From the IMG/VR virus record IMGVR_UViG_3300042446_001683: a stretch of 64,000 bases of DNA; one strand, written 5' to 3'. A model generated the notes under the pieces. It had not been told where the DNA came from. It saw only the letters and a program-made list of their open reading frames with translations, and searched no databases. This document shows positions 8,874-19,943 of this stretch, in pieces; within the stretch, counting starts at the first letter, position 1; each line of letters begins with the position of its first letter. A program made the position numbers and the translations under genes. Origin of the DNA: a virus.

Positions 8874-11303
8874 ATGGCTCAAGTATCTCTTAACGAATTA
8901 GAAGAATTAAAAAAACTATATCAACAGATTGATGCCCTTACAACGCAACAAGCTGAAGCAGAAGCTAACCGAGTTCAACAACTAGGAAATGCTAGCCAGC
9001 AATTAGCTCGATTACGTAAAGAATACAATGACCTTACCTCAGATATTTCAAGATCTTTAGATATATTCAGATCTATAACTCAAGAAATAAGTAAACAGAA
9101 TTTAGGTATAAATGAATCTAAAAAAGGATATAATGGGTTATCATCTATAGCTGAGAAAGTCCAAAGTCATCAAAAAGGAATATCTGAATTATCTTCTAAA
9201 GATGTTGCTGAACTTCAGAAAAAAGTTAAACAAGAACAATTAAGATTATCTAATGCTCAAAGTTTATTACAAAATAAAGAGCAAGAGTTAACAATTGAAA
9301 AACAACAAAAAGAAGCACTTGCTGCTCAACAAGCAGCTGGAATAGCTTATTTACAAAATCTTCAACAAACTGGAAATATATCAAGCAACCAGTTAAATCG
9401 ATTAAATGCTTTAATAAAAGCACAAGATAAAAATAATAAACAAATAGATTCTTTAAATACTAAACTTTTTGATGTTCAAACTGCATTTTCAAATAATGAA
9501 GCTATCATTAATGAAACAGATGCTGGACTTAGAGATTTAAATTTAACTCTTGAAAGAACTTTTAAACAAGCTCAAAATGTTGAAAAAGCTTTAGGTTTAG
9601 GTGGTAATGCTGCTAAGGGAATAGAAAAAGCTTTAAACAGTGTAGGTTTAGGTGATTTAGCTAGTAAATTAGGTTTAGACGAGGTTAATAAAAAAATGAA
9701 AGAAACCGCTGACAGAGTTACTGAAGGTGGGGAGAAAGCAGCTGGTTTTGGAGGTAAAATTAGAGTTTTAGGGGCGGGTATAGCTGAGATGGGTAAACAA
9801 CTAGCTAAAGGTCTTTTAGACCCATTAGCTATATTAGGTTTCTTATTAAAAGGATTTTTAGCTCTAGATAAAGCCCAAACTGAATTTACTAGAGAAACAG
9901 GACATAGTATTGATTTTGTCGATACACTAAATACTAGTTTAATATCCTCAGCTGATTATATTAGGGCAGCTACTGAATTAACTAAACAGTTTGGTTTGGC
10001 AGCAGATGCTATTTTTACAAAAGAAACTCTTCAAGAAGCTACTGAAATGGTAGAATTGATGGGTGTTACTAATGAACAAGCAGGTGAATTAGCTCGATTA
10101 TCTAAAATATCAGGTACTGAATTAAAAGCTAATAATGAAAAAATTATGGCTTCTTATAGTAGTTTTGTTAAATTAAACAAAACAGGTATAAGTGCTAAAT
10201 CTGTATTTAATGATGTCGCTAAAGTATCTAGTACTATAGCTATGTCATTTAAAGGTAACACAGTAGAAATTGCTAAATCAGTAATGGAAGCTAGGAAATT
10301 AGGATTAAGTCTTGAACAAGTTGATAAAGTAGCAGAATCATTACTTAATTTTGAAGATAGTATAGCTGCTGAATTAGAAGCAGAATTATTAACTGGTAAG
10401 CAAATTAATCTAGAACAAGCTAGGTTATATGCATTAAACAACGATATAGCGGGTTTAACCAAGGAAATAGGTAATAACCAGGAAATCATCGCTTCATTCT
10501 CTTCAGGTAATCGTATCCAACAAGAAGCAATAGCTAAGACTTTAGGTATGAGTAGAGAAGAAATGTCTAAAATGATTTATGATTCACAAATAGCTAATGG
10601 TTTAACAGAAGAACAAGCAGCTAAATTAGCAGATGTATCTTTAGAAGACATGAAACGATTAAGTATACAAGAAAGTATAAATAAATCTATAGAAAAAATG
10701 TCTGAAGCATTAGCTGGTCCTCTATCTATGTTAGCTGAAATGTTAAGTCATAGTACTATCTTGTATGGGATAATGGCAGGGATTGGAATTATTATGGCTA
10801 ATCAAATAGTAGCGAGCACAATAGCGTTTGGAAAAAGTTTAGCTACAGCTATACCTAAATTAACAGCTATATTAGGTTTAGAAAGTGGAATAGCTGCCGC
10901 TAAAATAGCAGTAAATCCATTTTTATTAGTGGCAGGTGCCGCAGCTGCTATAGGATTAGGAGCTTTAATTAATTCTGCTTCAAAACCAAAAACACCTGGA
11001 TTAGCAGAAGGAGGTACTGTATTAAGCGAAGGAGCTATTATGGTAGGAGAAGAAGGACCTGAAATTATGACCGCAAAACCAGGTGCAACTGTCACACCAT
11101 TAAATTCATTAAACGCGGCTAAAACTGGAGGAAATGGAGGATCTGATGCAGCTATATTAAATGAAATTAAAAACTTACTACAACAAATAGCATCAACACC
11201 TGGTACAGTTATGTTAGATGGAACTAAAATAGGAACAGCATTAACTCCGTTTGTAAACCAAACAAACATTCAAACACAAGTTAAAACAGGCGCTAATTTA
11301 TAA
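8874..11303 (+). CDS. Tape measure protein
   Basis: 809 aa, helical, Ala/Leu-rich; LLNFEDSIAAELEAELLTGKQINLEQAR; GLAEGG...VGEEGPE near C-terminus; synteny. Confidence 0.85.
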   Translation: MAQVSLNELEELKKLYQQIDALTTQQAEAEANRVQQLGNASQQLARLRKEYNDLTSDISRSLDIFRSITQEISKQNLGINESKKGYNGLSSIAEKVQSHQKGISELSSKDVAELQKKVKQEQLRLSNAQSLLQNKEQELTIEKQQKEALAAQQAAGIAYLQNLQQTGNISSNQLNRLNALIKAQDKNNKQIDSLNTKLFDVQTAFSNNEAIINETDAGLRDLNLTLERTFKQAQNVEKALGLGGNAAKGIEKALNSVGLGDLASKLGLDEVNKKMKETADRVTEGGEKAAGFGGKIRVLGAGIAEMGKQLAKGLLDPLAILGFLLKGFLALDKAQTEFTRETGHSIDFVDTLNTSLISSADYIRAATELTKQFGLAADAIFTKETLQEATEMVELMGVTNEQAGELARLSKISGTELKANNEKIMASYSSFVKLNKTGISAKSVFNDVAKVSSTIAMSFKGNTVEIAKSVMEARKLGLSLEQVDKVAESLLNFEDSIAAELEAELLTGKQINLEQARLYALNNDIAGLTKEIGNNQEIIASFSSGNRIQQEAIAKTLGMSREEMSKMIYDSQIANGLTEEQAAKLADVSLEDMKRLSIQESINKSIEKMSEALAGPLSMLAEMLSHSTILYGIMAGIGIIMANQIVASTIAFGKSLATAIPKLTAILGLESGIAAAKIAVNPFLLVAGAAAAIGLGALINSASKPKTPGLAEGGTVLSEGAIMVGEEGPEIMTAKPGATVTPLNSLNAAKTGGNGGSDAAILNEIKNLLQQIASTPGTVMLDGTKIGTALTPFVNQTNIQTQVKTGANL

Positions 11304-11311
11304 TATTTATA
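11303..11311 (+). promoter_or_regulatory. Putative late promoter motif ATATTTATA
   Basis: Recurrent motif. Confidence 0.6.
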
Positions 11312-11334
11312 ATAAACTTAAAAACTACAAAATC

Positions 11335-11616
11335 ATGGGATTATTAGATTTACTTCAAAACCAAGGATCTACCTTAACAGCTTATGATGGGACTACTCCT
11401 AGTATTAATCCACTAGCTACTCCTCAATCTCAAATGCATACTGGGTATTCAATTAATGGCACTAACGCTAATGTTGTCAATGGATCATATCAAGAGTACT
11501 TAGATGGTACTGCTAACTTTTTACCAACACCATCACAATTAGATTTAAATGGTGCTACCCCAAATATCTCTCCAAGCGGACAAGGGTTACCATATTTGAA
11601 TAATTTACCTGGATAA
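11335..11616 (+). CDS. Small virion-associated hypothetical protein
   Basis: 93 aa in tail module; PSQLDLNG motif. Confidence 0.55.
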   Translation: MGLLDLLQNQGSTLTAYDGTTPSINPLATPQSQMHTGYSINGTNANVVNGSYQEYLDGTANFLPTPSQLDLNGATPNISPSGQGLPYLNNLPG

Positions 11617-13811
11617 TGGGATTAATTGATTTAAGAACTGATCTTAAATCTCTCAGATATGGTAATGATCAAAGAGGAGGTGGTTCAAGTAACCAACCTT
11701 ACATTACCACTTCCATACCTGAGGGTTTTGCTCCAACGTCAACAGATTTTTTGTTACGTAATGGATATTTAAACCCTGTTAACTCATTCCAGGATGTAAA
11801 AAGATTATCTAAATTCTTTACTGATACAAAAACTCCTAATGGTTTATTATTCACTATTAAACAACAATTATTAGAGAGACAAAATCCTAAATTAGTTAAT
11901 ATTAATAGAATTTATAATCCATTAGGAACATTAGCTCAAGCTGGTTTAAATTCTTTAGGTTTTCATGTTAATAAACAAGGTTTAAACCCATCAGAACCAT
12001 CATATTTTAATGGTGGAACTTATGGTTATTACTACGCTACTAGAGGATTAGGTACAAATCCTCAATCTCAATTTTTACAAGGTGAAGGATATGAAAATAG
12101 ATTAACTATAGCATATACTGCTAAAATAGAAAAAAAACCATTAGGTTCTTTAACTATTAATCCTTTTGGTATAACAAATTTATCTGGGGAAAATATTCTA
12201 TTATCATATTCTGGAGGTCCTAATGCTCCATTAGGATTAGGGATAACTAATATTAGAATTAAAAATCCTACTCGTACTGTAGATTTACCTAAAGATAGAA
12301 CTACATTTAGACTTAAAATAGGTGGAGACAATATTGCTAATAAAAATTATTTAACATATACTGGTAAACCAAATATCAATTGGGTTCTTGATGAGTATAA
12401 ACTTAATATATCTAATCAGGTTATATTTGATTTAGATTTAGAAAATAATCAAGATATATTATTTACAAATAATGTTAGTAATATATTAAATAGAAGCAAT
12501 GATAATGTTGTAAGTACATTATATGCTCCTATATCTGCTAAAGAAAGTACATTAGAAATAAACAGACTAGGATCAGATCCTTCTAAACCAGAATATTATA
12601 CTCCTACTAGTTTAAGAGTTAGTAATTATGGTTACCAAGTATCATCATCTGGAGTAACTGAAGCAGCTATAAATAGATTTAAACTAGTAACAGACAGAAA
12701 TAGTACAACACTCCCACTTGAAAATAGAAATGATCTATACTTTTCAGATGCTAATATAGCAGGTTTTGTTGGAGCTTTTCCAAAGAATGTTGATGAAAGT
12801 AATAATGTTCGTACTTTTTCAACTACACAATTATTAGACGCTGAGTCTGCTGGAAAATTAAAAGATACAGATTTTGGGACAAATGTTATAGATTTTAGAT
12901 CAACAATTGATGCTAGTTTAGGTGGTGGTAAAATTGTATCTACTAACTATAGTTTTTTTAACAGAGAAAATAAAAGCCAAGACCAAGAAGGATATGGTAC
13001 TAGTAAAACCTCATTTAAAGGAAATTATACAGCAGATAGAGGAAGAGTATTAAACCCAAATATAGCTATATCAAATGATCAATTTGAAATAGGTAAAAAC
13101 GGAGAAGATATTATAGATTTTAACTTTAGAATACTTAATCCAGCAAACACAGGAAATAATAGATTAATTGATTTTAGAGCATATCTTGAATCATGGAGTG
13201 ATGGAGTAAAAGCTGATTATAATCCTGTTAAATACATGGGTAGAGCTGAAAGTTTTTATAAATATGGTGGATTTTCAAGAGATTCTTCTATTGAATTTTT
13301 AGTTCCTGCTTTATCAAGAGGAGATATGATTTCTAATTATCGTAAAGTTAATATGATGATGTGGGCATGTGCTCCTAATTACTCTAGTATAGGATTAATG
13401 AGAGGTAATATTACTGAAGTGTCAATGGGTTCTTATTTTAGAAGTATGCCTTCTATTATTAAAAGTGTAGATGTGGTTGAAATAGATGGAATGGGATGGG
13501 ATATAAATCGAAACCAAGAAGGTAAGGTCATTGACTTCCCAGCAGAATATAAAGATAGTATAGGCTTTCAAGATCCTAAAGATTTTGCACCACCAACAGC
13601 TGATGATTTTTTTACTGGGCAGTTGCCAAAAGGATTAAAAATAACAGTTCAATTCACTCCACTCCATCAATTCACCCCAGAATATGGTCAAGCATTTATA
13701 GGTCAAAATCAAACATATGCTGGTCCATTATGGAATCAGGAAAGCACAATTAATAGAAGTGTATTCTTTTCTTCTGAAGAAAGAAATTATTTTCAAGCAT
13801 CACCAAAATGA
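11616..13811 (+). CDS. Baseplate / tail-tube initiator-like protein
   Basis: C-terminal FRAYLESWSD..ADYNPVKYMGRAESFYKYGGFSR segment resembles tube-initiator domains; synteny. Confidence 0.55.
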   Translation: MGLIDLRTDLKSLRYGNDQRGGGSSNQPYITTSIPEGFAPTSTDFLLRNGYLNPVNSFQDVKRLSKFFTDTKTPNGLLFTIKQQLLERQNPKLVNINRIYNPLGTLAQAGLNSLGFHVNKQGLNPSEPSYFNGGTYGYYYATRGLGTNPQSQFLQGEGYENRLTIAYTAKIEKKPLGSLTINPFGITNLSGENILLSYSGGPNAPLGLGITNIRIKNPTRTVDLPKDRTTFRLKIGGDNIANKNYLTYTGKPNINWVLDEYKLNISNQVIFDLDLENNQDILFTNNVSNILNRSNDNVVSTLYAPISAKESTLEINRLGSDPSKPEYYTPTSLRVSNYGYQVSSSGVTEAAINRFKLVTDRNSTTLPLENRNDLYFSDANIAGFVGAFPKNVDESNNVRTFSTTQLLDAESAGKLKDTDFGTNVIDFRSTIDASLGGGKIVSTNYSFFNRENKSQDQEGYGTSKTSFKGNYTADRGRVLNPNIAISNDQFEIGKNGEDIIDFNFRILNPANTGNNRLIDFRAYLESWSDGVKADYNPVKYMGRAESFYKYGGFSRDSSIEFLVPALSRGDMISNYRKVNMMMWACAPNYSSIGLMRGNITEVSMGSYFRSMPSIIKSVDVVEIDGMGWDINRNQEGKVIDFPAEYKDSIGFQDPKDFAPPTADDFFTGQLPKGLKITVQFTPLHQFTPEYGQAFIGQNQTYAGPLWNQESTINRSVFFSSEERNYFQASPK

Positions 13812-14110
13812 ACCGTTACAAAAGTACTAGAATAATAAATCAACCTGAAACTAATATTAAGTATTATAGAGATACTAAATATCCGGTTATACCTTTATCA
13901 ATAAATGACATTTATGTTATTACAGGTGAAGGAGATAGATATGACAAATTAGCTCAACAATATTATGAAGACAGCAGTTTGTGGTGGGTTATTTCTATAG
14001 CAAATGATAATTTATCTCAAAATTCTCTATTTCCTCCAATAGGAGCACAAATACGTATACCAGTAAACATAAGTGGAATTATAAATAGTTATAATTTACT
14101 AAATCAATAA
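13808..14110 (+). CDS. LysM-like baseplate wedge protein (gp53 / tail X-like)
   Basis: GDRYDKLAQQYYEDSSLWWVISIAN...GAQIRIP. Confidence 0.75.
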   Translation: MNRYKSTRIINQPETNIKYYRDTKYPVIPLSINDIYVITGEGDRYDKLAQQYYEDSSLWWVISIANDNLSQNSLFPPIGAQIRIPVNISGIINSYNLLNQ

Positions 14111-14114
14111 GGTT

Positions 14115-17100
14115 ATGGCAACTAGAAGCATTATAGGTCCTGGATTCGAAGATTGGGTTCAAAAGCAAATCTCTGTCCGACAGAATGTAAATAAACTAGA
14201 TAACAGAAATAGACAGGAATTAATGTATCAAAATGTTAATACAGCATTTTTACGTCTAACTTCTGGTGTTAATATAGCCACAGGCTTTGATTCTAATAAC
14301 ACTCCAACAGGATATGATAATGGAGCTGAAGCCAAGACATATCAATTATTTAATACTCGATTTAATAATCAATTTGCAGCTGGAGTAGGTATTGGTGCTC
14401 TTAACTCAGCTTATGGTTTCCAATCTACACCTGACTACGGATTTGTACCACCCCCAGGTTTAATATCAGCTGATGTTAAATCATTAAATAGAGGTGCACT
14501 TCGTGATGCTACAATAAACTTAGTATGTCATAGTGCTACTCAATTTGAAATTATAGACCAACTATATCTTAGATTAGGATATTCTATGTTATTAGAGTGG
14601 GGTTGGTCTACTTATTTTGATAACAGTAATAATTACCAAAATGCTACTACTCAAGTAGATGTTGTTAATAAATTTTTAACAACAGGTACTGACCAAAAAT
14701 CACTTTTAGAAGAGATCCAAAAACAAAGAGAAGCATCAGATGGAAATTATGATGCAATGTTTGGTTTAGTTAAGAATTTTTCTTGGAATTTAGAAAAAGA
14801 TGGAAGCTATAATATTACTTTAAATTTAGTATCAGTAGGAGATATAATAGAGTCTTTAAAAGGAAATGTATCTCATCCTGCTGCTTCACAAACAATTCAA
14901 GCACCACCAGAAGACGAACCTCCATTACAATATAATGCTGACAAATCTACTTTAAATAGAATATTATTTTATTTATCAAGTAAACTTCCACCAGATACTA
15001 TATCAATAACAGGTGGATGGGCTTCATTCCTTCAAGGAAATCAAACTACAGCTGATGAAATTGGAAAGCTTATTGGTTTAACACCTAACCAACGTAATGA
15101 TAGACCAAATAGTCAAGGTGATGTAATAGCATTTATATTCCCACAGTTATTAGGAGTAAAACAAACTAATGCTGGGTATAATGCTCAATATTATATGAAG
15201 CTAGGGCTACTTTTAAGAAGTCTTCAAAACTTTTGTTTATTATATGATACATCTAAACCAGATGATGGAAGTGGAAGTAATGTATCTCCATTATTTAATA
15301 TAAATTTCGAGGAAGAAGAAAACTTTATGTTTACTTTTCCAAGACATGGTAGTTTAGATCCTAGAGTATGTTTAATAGATGTTATAAAAGACTTAGATGA
15401 AGGTACCCCTCCAATTATAAACAATAATAATTCAACAGGAGTTATTATGAGTACCAAAACATATACTTGGAGAGCTATTAATGTACAAATTGGTAATCAA
15501 AATCAACCTTCTTTTAGTGATCCTAATTGGATATTTTTATCTCCAGATATAGCACCTTCCGCAGGAGTTTTAGGTTTTTTTAAATCAAATCTATTAGGAG
15601 AATATTATAATGGTGGTATTCTTTTTGATGGAGGACCTGTTATTGATGGTGATAAAAAAGATGCAAAAGTTAAATCATACACTCCTTCCACAACTAATTT
15701 ACTACAAATTAATCAATCACCATCACCCGGGGCATCAAATACTGTAGCTACAGTTTATCCACCTTCAACATGGTCACCTGTTTTAATAGCTGGTAGTGAT
15801 CTTTTAGTTGATAGATTAAATAGTAATATAAATTCTGTTAGTTTACTAAATGATCTTGTAAATGATGCTAGTGGGATTAGAAGTAGAATAGCTACAACCC
15901 CTGTATCTTTAGATATAGGTCTTAATCGTGAAGCTATTGTTAAACTTGAAGAAAAAATTGCGTATAATGAACAATTTAGCTATAAAGGAAGTGTCTCTGG
16001 TACAGAATATACTGATAATAAATTTTGGATAAAAGAAGTAATAGTAACAACTGTCACATATCTTGATGCTAATGCTGGATATAATGATACTAATGTTAAC
16101 AACAACTCAGAAGAAGTTACTTTAGATACTCAAAATAATCTATTTAGTAATATAAGACCAGGTATTAATTATAGAGTTGATAAAGATAACTATCCATTCA
16201 TTGGTAGAACAATGAATATGTACGTTAATATGAATTTTATAGCTAAAACGTTAGAACAATTTATTGATGCTAAATATGGAGCTATATCTATGTATGACTT
16301 TTTAGATAAATTAATGACAGGTATTCAACAAGCTTTAGGTAATGTAAATAACTTTAATATAAGCTATGATGAAGTAACTAATACTTTTAGTATCATAGAC
16401 GGTACATTTATCCCAGGCTTAGATTTATATAAACCAGAAGCTTTTAAAAATAAACCTGTTGAATTTATTACTCATACATTAGATTCAAGTGCTGGTAGTT
16501 TTATGAGAGACGCTACAGTTAAAACTCAATTATCAAATAATTTTGCTACTCAAGTAACTGTTGGAGCTCAAGCTAATGGGAATGTTGTAGGTGAAAATGC
16601 TACTGCTTTAAGTAGATGGAATGTAGGTTTAGTAGATAGAATTATTTTAGAAAAAGATACTAAAAATGGCGCCAAAGGTACTACCACAGCAGATATAGAC
16701 CAAAAATTCTATGTGAATATAGGTCTAGTACAAAACTTATATACAGCTATTAATGACGGAAACATTACAGATCAACAAATAGATGGCTCAAGAGACGCGG
16801 CTGTTGATTTATTTAAATATGAAACTGGTTTGTATACTAAAGAAGGATTTATACCTGGTATTGGATTTATACCTATTAACGCTGAATTAACAATGGATGG
16901 ATTAAGCGGTATGAGAATATATGAATCATATACTGCTGATACTCGATTACTTCCTCCTAAATATAAAGATGCAATCCAATTTATTATAACAGGAGTATCT
17001 CATCGTATTCAAAATAATGATTGGACCACTACTATAACAAGTATCTCAGGACCTAAATATACTGGAAGAGGATCTACAAAAGCTCTACCAGCTATTAAAA

Positions 17101-17714
17101 CTCATGGTTTAAAAACACCTCCAAAAAGATCAGATACTAAAAATGACGGACCTAATGGAGAGTTCCCAATAGGTAATGATAATGTACAAAGTAATGGAAC
17201 TCCAAGTGGTAAGCATGAGGAAATAATTTTAAAAGCAATGCAAGCTGCTTTCTCTAAAGGCCAAACTAAAGGACAATGTGCTAGAGGAACTGGAACTATG
17301 GCTATAAATGTTGCTGAAATATTAAAAGGAGCAAAACCTAGAGAAATGAGAAAAGGTGACTCAGGTGGAGTATCAGCTAAAGATTCTGCTCATCATGATA
17401 AATTAGTTAATTTAGGTTGGACAAAATATACATTTACTGGATTAACAAAGGCTCAAGCTATAGATTTAGTTAAAAATGGACCAAAAGATAGTAGTGGAAA
17501 AGTAATACCATGGGTAGCTGGAGACGCAGTTTGTTACTGGAATACAGATGGAATAGGATCAAATTTCCACTCTCAATATTACCAAAATAAATTATATACT
17601 AAGTATAATTGGGCTACTGATAATGATGATAATTACAAAACAGATTTTGTTTATAAGAGTAAAAAAGCTGATAAATGGAATGTTGTAGTACTTAAAATAC
17701 CTATTTTAGGATAA
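14115..17714 (+). CDS. Large baseplate hub protein with C-terminal Cys/His peptidase (CHAP/NlpC-like) domain
   Basis: LRLGYSMLLEWGW, GNYDAMFG, LTMDGLSG, FIITGVSH..WTT hub-like motifs; C-terminal GQCARG...GDAV...HSQYY...WATD. Confidence 0.6.
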   Translation: MATRSIIGPGFEDWVQKQISVRQNVNKLDNRNRQELMYQNVNTAFLRLTSGVNIATGFDSNNTPTGYDNGAEAKTYQLFNTRFNNQFAAGVGIGALNSAYGFQSTPDYGFVPPPGLISADVKSLNRGALRDATINLVCHSATQFEIIDQLYLRLGYSMLLEWGWSTYFDNSNNYQNATTQVDVVNKFLTTGTDQKSLLEEIQKQREASDGNYDAMFGLVKNFSWNLEKDGSYNITLNLVSVGDIIESLKGNVSHPAASQTIQAPPEDEPPLQYNADKSTLNRILFYLSSKLPPDTISITGGWASFLQGNQTTADEIGKLIGLTPNQRNDRPNSQGDVIAFIFPQLLGVKQTNAGYNAQYYMKLGLLLRSLQNFCLLYDTSKPDDGSGSNVSPLFNINFEEEENFMFTFPRHGSLDPRVCLIDVIKDLDEGTPPIINNNNSTGVIMSTKTYTWRAINVQIGNQNQPSFSDPNWIFLSPDIAPSAGVLGFFKSNLLGEYYNGGILFDGGPVIDGDKKDAKVKSYTPSTTNLLQINQSPSPGASNTVATVYPPSTWSPVLIAGSDLLVDRLNSNINSVSLLNDLVNDASGIRSRIATTPVSLDIGLNREAIVKLEEKIAYNEQFSYKGSVSGTEYTDNKFWIKEVIVTTVTYLDANAGYNDTNVNNNSEEVTLDTQNNLFSNIRPGINYRVDKDNYPFIGRTMNMYVNMNFIAKTLEQFIDAKYGAISMYDFLDKLMTGIQQALGNVNNFNISYDEVTNTFSIIDGTFIPGLDLYKPEAFKNKPVEFITHTLDSSAGSFMRDATVKTQLSNNFATQVTVGAQANGNVVGENATALSRWNVGLVDRIILEKDTKNGAKGTTTADIDQKFYVNIGLVQNLYTAINDGNITDQQIDGSRDAAVDLFKYETGLYTKEGFIPGIGFIPINAELTMDGLSGMRIYESYTADTRLLPPKYKDAIQFIITGVSHRIQNNDWTTTITSISGPKYTGRGSTKALPAIKTHGLKTPPKRSDTKNDGPNGEFPIGNDNVQSNGTPSGKHEEIILKAMQAAFSKGQTKGQCARGTGTMAINVAEILKGAKPREMRKGDSGGVSAKDSAHHDKLVNLGWTKYTFTGLTKAQAIDLVKNGPKDSSGKVIPWVAGDAVCYWNTDGIGSNFHSQYYQNKLYTKYNWATDNDDNYKTDFVYKSKKADKWNVVVLKIPILG

Positions 17715-17724
17715 AAAATTTAAG

Positions 17725-18270
17725 ATGGCTTATATACCTAAAAATAAAATAAAATCTAACCAATATTCTAATGGAGAATATGCTTATTTAGATCCTTTTA
17801 GACCAAATAATCAAGGATTTGAATATTATGGTAATTATTACACTTTATTTAATGGAAAAGCATTTACTGGAAAATTCCCAGGAGATGGAGATAATTTACC
17901 TCTTATAAAAAGACCTATTGAAGGCCCAACAAATGATTACATACCACCTTCACTTACTACTTCTTCTACCCCACCACTTTATCCAACAGAAAAAGACTAT
18001 GAGTATGGAACTTTTATTAGATATTTTTCTAAAAAAAGAAATGAATATATTTTTGAAGAAATTACACAAGACCAGTACAATACATTAAATGCAAATAAAA
18101 ATCCTAGATATTTTGTGTATAAACCATTTTATATTAAATGGATGTTAACTGGTGATATTCAAACTGTGACTAATTTTAATTATTATTCCATAACTAGTAC
18201 TGAGGTAAAAGAAAATGTTTATGGATTAAATGAGTTTTTAAAAATGGACTATATCAAATACTATAGATAA
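17725..18270 (+). CDS. Hypothetical baseplate-region protein
   Basis: MAYIPK, YYGNYY, PTEKDYEYGTFIRYF, W.LTG. Confidence 0.5.
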   Translation: MAYIPKNKIKSNQYSNGEYAYLDPFRPNNQGFEYYGNYYTLFNGKAFTGKFPGDGDNLPLIKRPIEGPTNDYIPPSLTTSSTPPLYPTEKDYEYGTFIRYFSKKRNEYIFEEITQDQYNTLNANKNPRYFVYKPFYIKWMLTGDIQTVTNFNYYSITSTEVKENVYGLNEFLKMDYIKYYR

Positions 18271-19517
18271 TGGCAGAATTTTTTCCTATAGATGTTAATT
18301 TCCAATCTTACTCAGGATCATTTTCTGGGTCATTTTTTGGTGATGGAAGTGGGATTACAGGTATAAGTGCTTCTTTCTTTTCAGGAAGTGTTACAAATGC
18401 TATAAGTGCTTCTTATGCAGCTAATGGTGGAGTAACTCAATTATTAGCTGGTGCTAATATATCCTTATCGCCAACTAATGGGGTTGGGCAAGTTACAATT
18501 AGTTCAACAGCTGGTGGAGGAGGATTTAATACAGCAACAGGATCCTATGGATCTTTTTATGACACAACAACTCAAACTAATGTTGCTGGTACTGCTCGCT
18601 CAATGTCTCTTAATACAACAGATATTACAAATGGTGTATCTGTTTCTGGTTCTACAAATCCTTTTAACACATATATTAAAGTAGCAAATGCTGGTGTATA
18701 TGATATACAATTTTCTGCTCAAGTAGATAAAACAGATAGTGGAACTGATGAGATATGGATATGGATTAGAAAAAATGGATCAAATTTAACATATACAGCA
18801 ACATCAGTACAACTCCAAGGAAACGGAGCTCATTATGTCGCAGCGTGGAATTTCTTTGTAAATGCAGCTGCAGGTGATTACTTTCAACTAATGTGGTATT
18901 CACCAGACGCAAATGTACGTTTACATGCTGAACCAGCATTTGGAGTAGTGCCAGGTATTCCTTCTTTAATAGTAACTGCAAACCGTGTAGACCAATTTTT
19001 ATCAAACACAGGTTCATTCAGTGGATCATTTACAGGCTCATTATTTGGTACTGCAAGTTGGGCTACTAGTGCCGCAACAGCTTCATCAGTGAATGGTGCT
19101 ACTATTAATAATACCGCTTGGACTTCATACACCCCAGTTTGGACAGCAGCATCTGTAAATCCTGTAATTGGAAATGGAACAATAACAGGTCAATATAAAG
19201 TAATTGGTAAGACGTGTTTTGTAAGAGGTAATGTAGCAATGGGATCAACTACAACATTTGGCACTGGGGAATGGTATATATCAATGCCATTTACAGCGTC
19301 ACACGCAGATGCTATATTAATGACAGCAAATTTACTAGATAATGGAACAGCATGGTACAATGCCACAGTAAATGGAGCACGCGCTGGATTTAATTATAAA
19401 ACAGCTATACAATACCAAGCTGTTGGAGGCACGGCTAATGACATAAACGCAACTCAACCATTTACTTGGGCTAATAGTGATAGATTCCTTTGGAATGGAA
19501 GTTTTGAAATAGCATAA
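18270..19517 (+). CDS. Fibre/appendage protein with C1q-like and C-terminal beta domains
   Basis: SGS-rich linkers; AGVYDIQFSAQV..IWIRKNG; WTSYTPVWT..GNGTITGQYKVIGK. Confidence 0.6.
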   Translation: MAEFFPIDVNFQSYSGSFSGSFFGDGSGITGISASFFSGSVTNAISASYAANGGVTQLLAGANISLSPTNGVGQVTISSTAGGGGFNTATGSYGSFYDTTTQTNVAGTARSMSLNTTDITNGVSVSGSTNPFNTYIKVANAGVYDIQFSAQVDKTDSGTDEIWIWIRKNGSNLTYTATSVQLQGNGAHYVAAWNFFVNAAAGDYFQLMWYSPDANVRLHAEPAFGVVPGIPSLIVTANRVDQFLSNTGSFSGSFTGSLFGTASWATSAATASSVNGATINNTAWTSYTPVWTAASVNPVIGNGTITGQYKVIGKTCFVRGNVAMGSTTTFGTGEWYISMPFTASHADAILMTANLLDNGTAWYNATVNGARAGFNYKTAIQYQAVGGTANDINATQPFTWANSDRFLWNGSFEIA

Positions 19518-19531
19518 AATAATAAACAATA

Positions 19532-19540
19532 ATATTTATA
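19532..19540 (+). promoter_or_regulatory. Putative late promoter motif ATATTTATA
   Basis: Recurrent motif. Confidence 0.6.
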
Positions 19541-19553
19541 GCAAAATACTACT

Positions 19554-19943
19554 ATGTCAGCAGGAAGATATTCATTTACAATAGAACAAGGAACTACATT
19601 CCAATTAGAACTAATATATAAGGATAGCAACCAAACCCCAGTTGATTTAACTGGGTATAGTGGGCGAATGCAATTACGCCCTACAGTAGATTCTAATACT
19701 ATTTATCTTACATTATCTAGCTCTTTAAATGCTGATGGTACTGGCCTAAATTTTAGCGGTAGCAGTGGAACTAATCCACCATCATCTGGCTCTATCGGAA
19801 TATATATAGCTTCATGTACCTCGTCATTACTCAACTTTACTAACGCTTATTACGACTTAGAAATATATTCTGGTAGTAACTGCCCATATACTGTAAGATT
19901 AATTGAAGGACAAGTTCAACTTTCTAAAGAAGTAACTAGATGA
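19554..19943 (+). CDS. Virion structural adaptor protein (BppU N-terminal-like)
   Basis: IEQGTTF, PVDLTGYSGRMQLR, YYDLEI, RLIEGQV..SKEVTR. Confidence 0.6.
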   Translation: MSAGRYSFTIEQGTTFQLELIYKDSNQTPVDLTGYSGRMQLRPTVDSNTIYLTLSSSLNADGTGLNFSGSSGTNPPSSGSIGIYIASCTSSLLNFTNAYYDLEIYSGSNCPYTVRLIEGQVQLSKEVTR

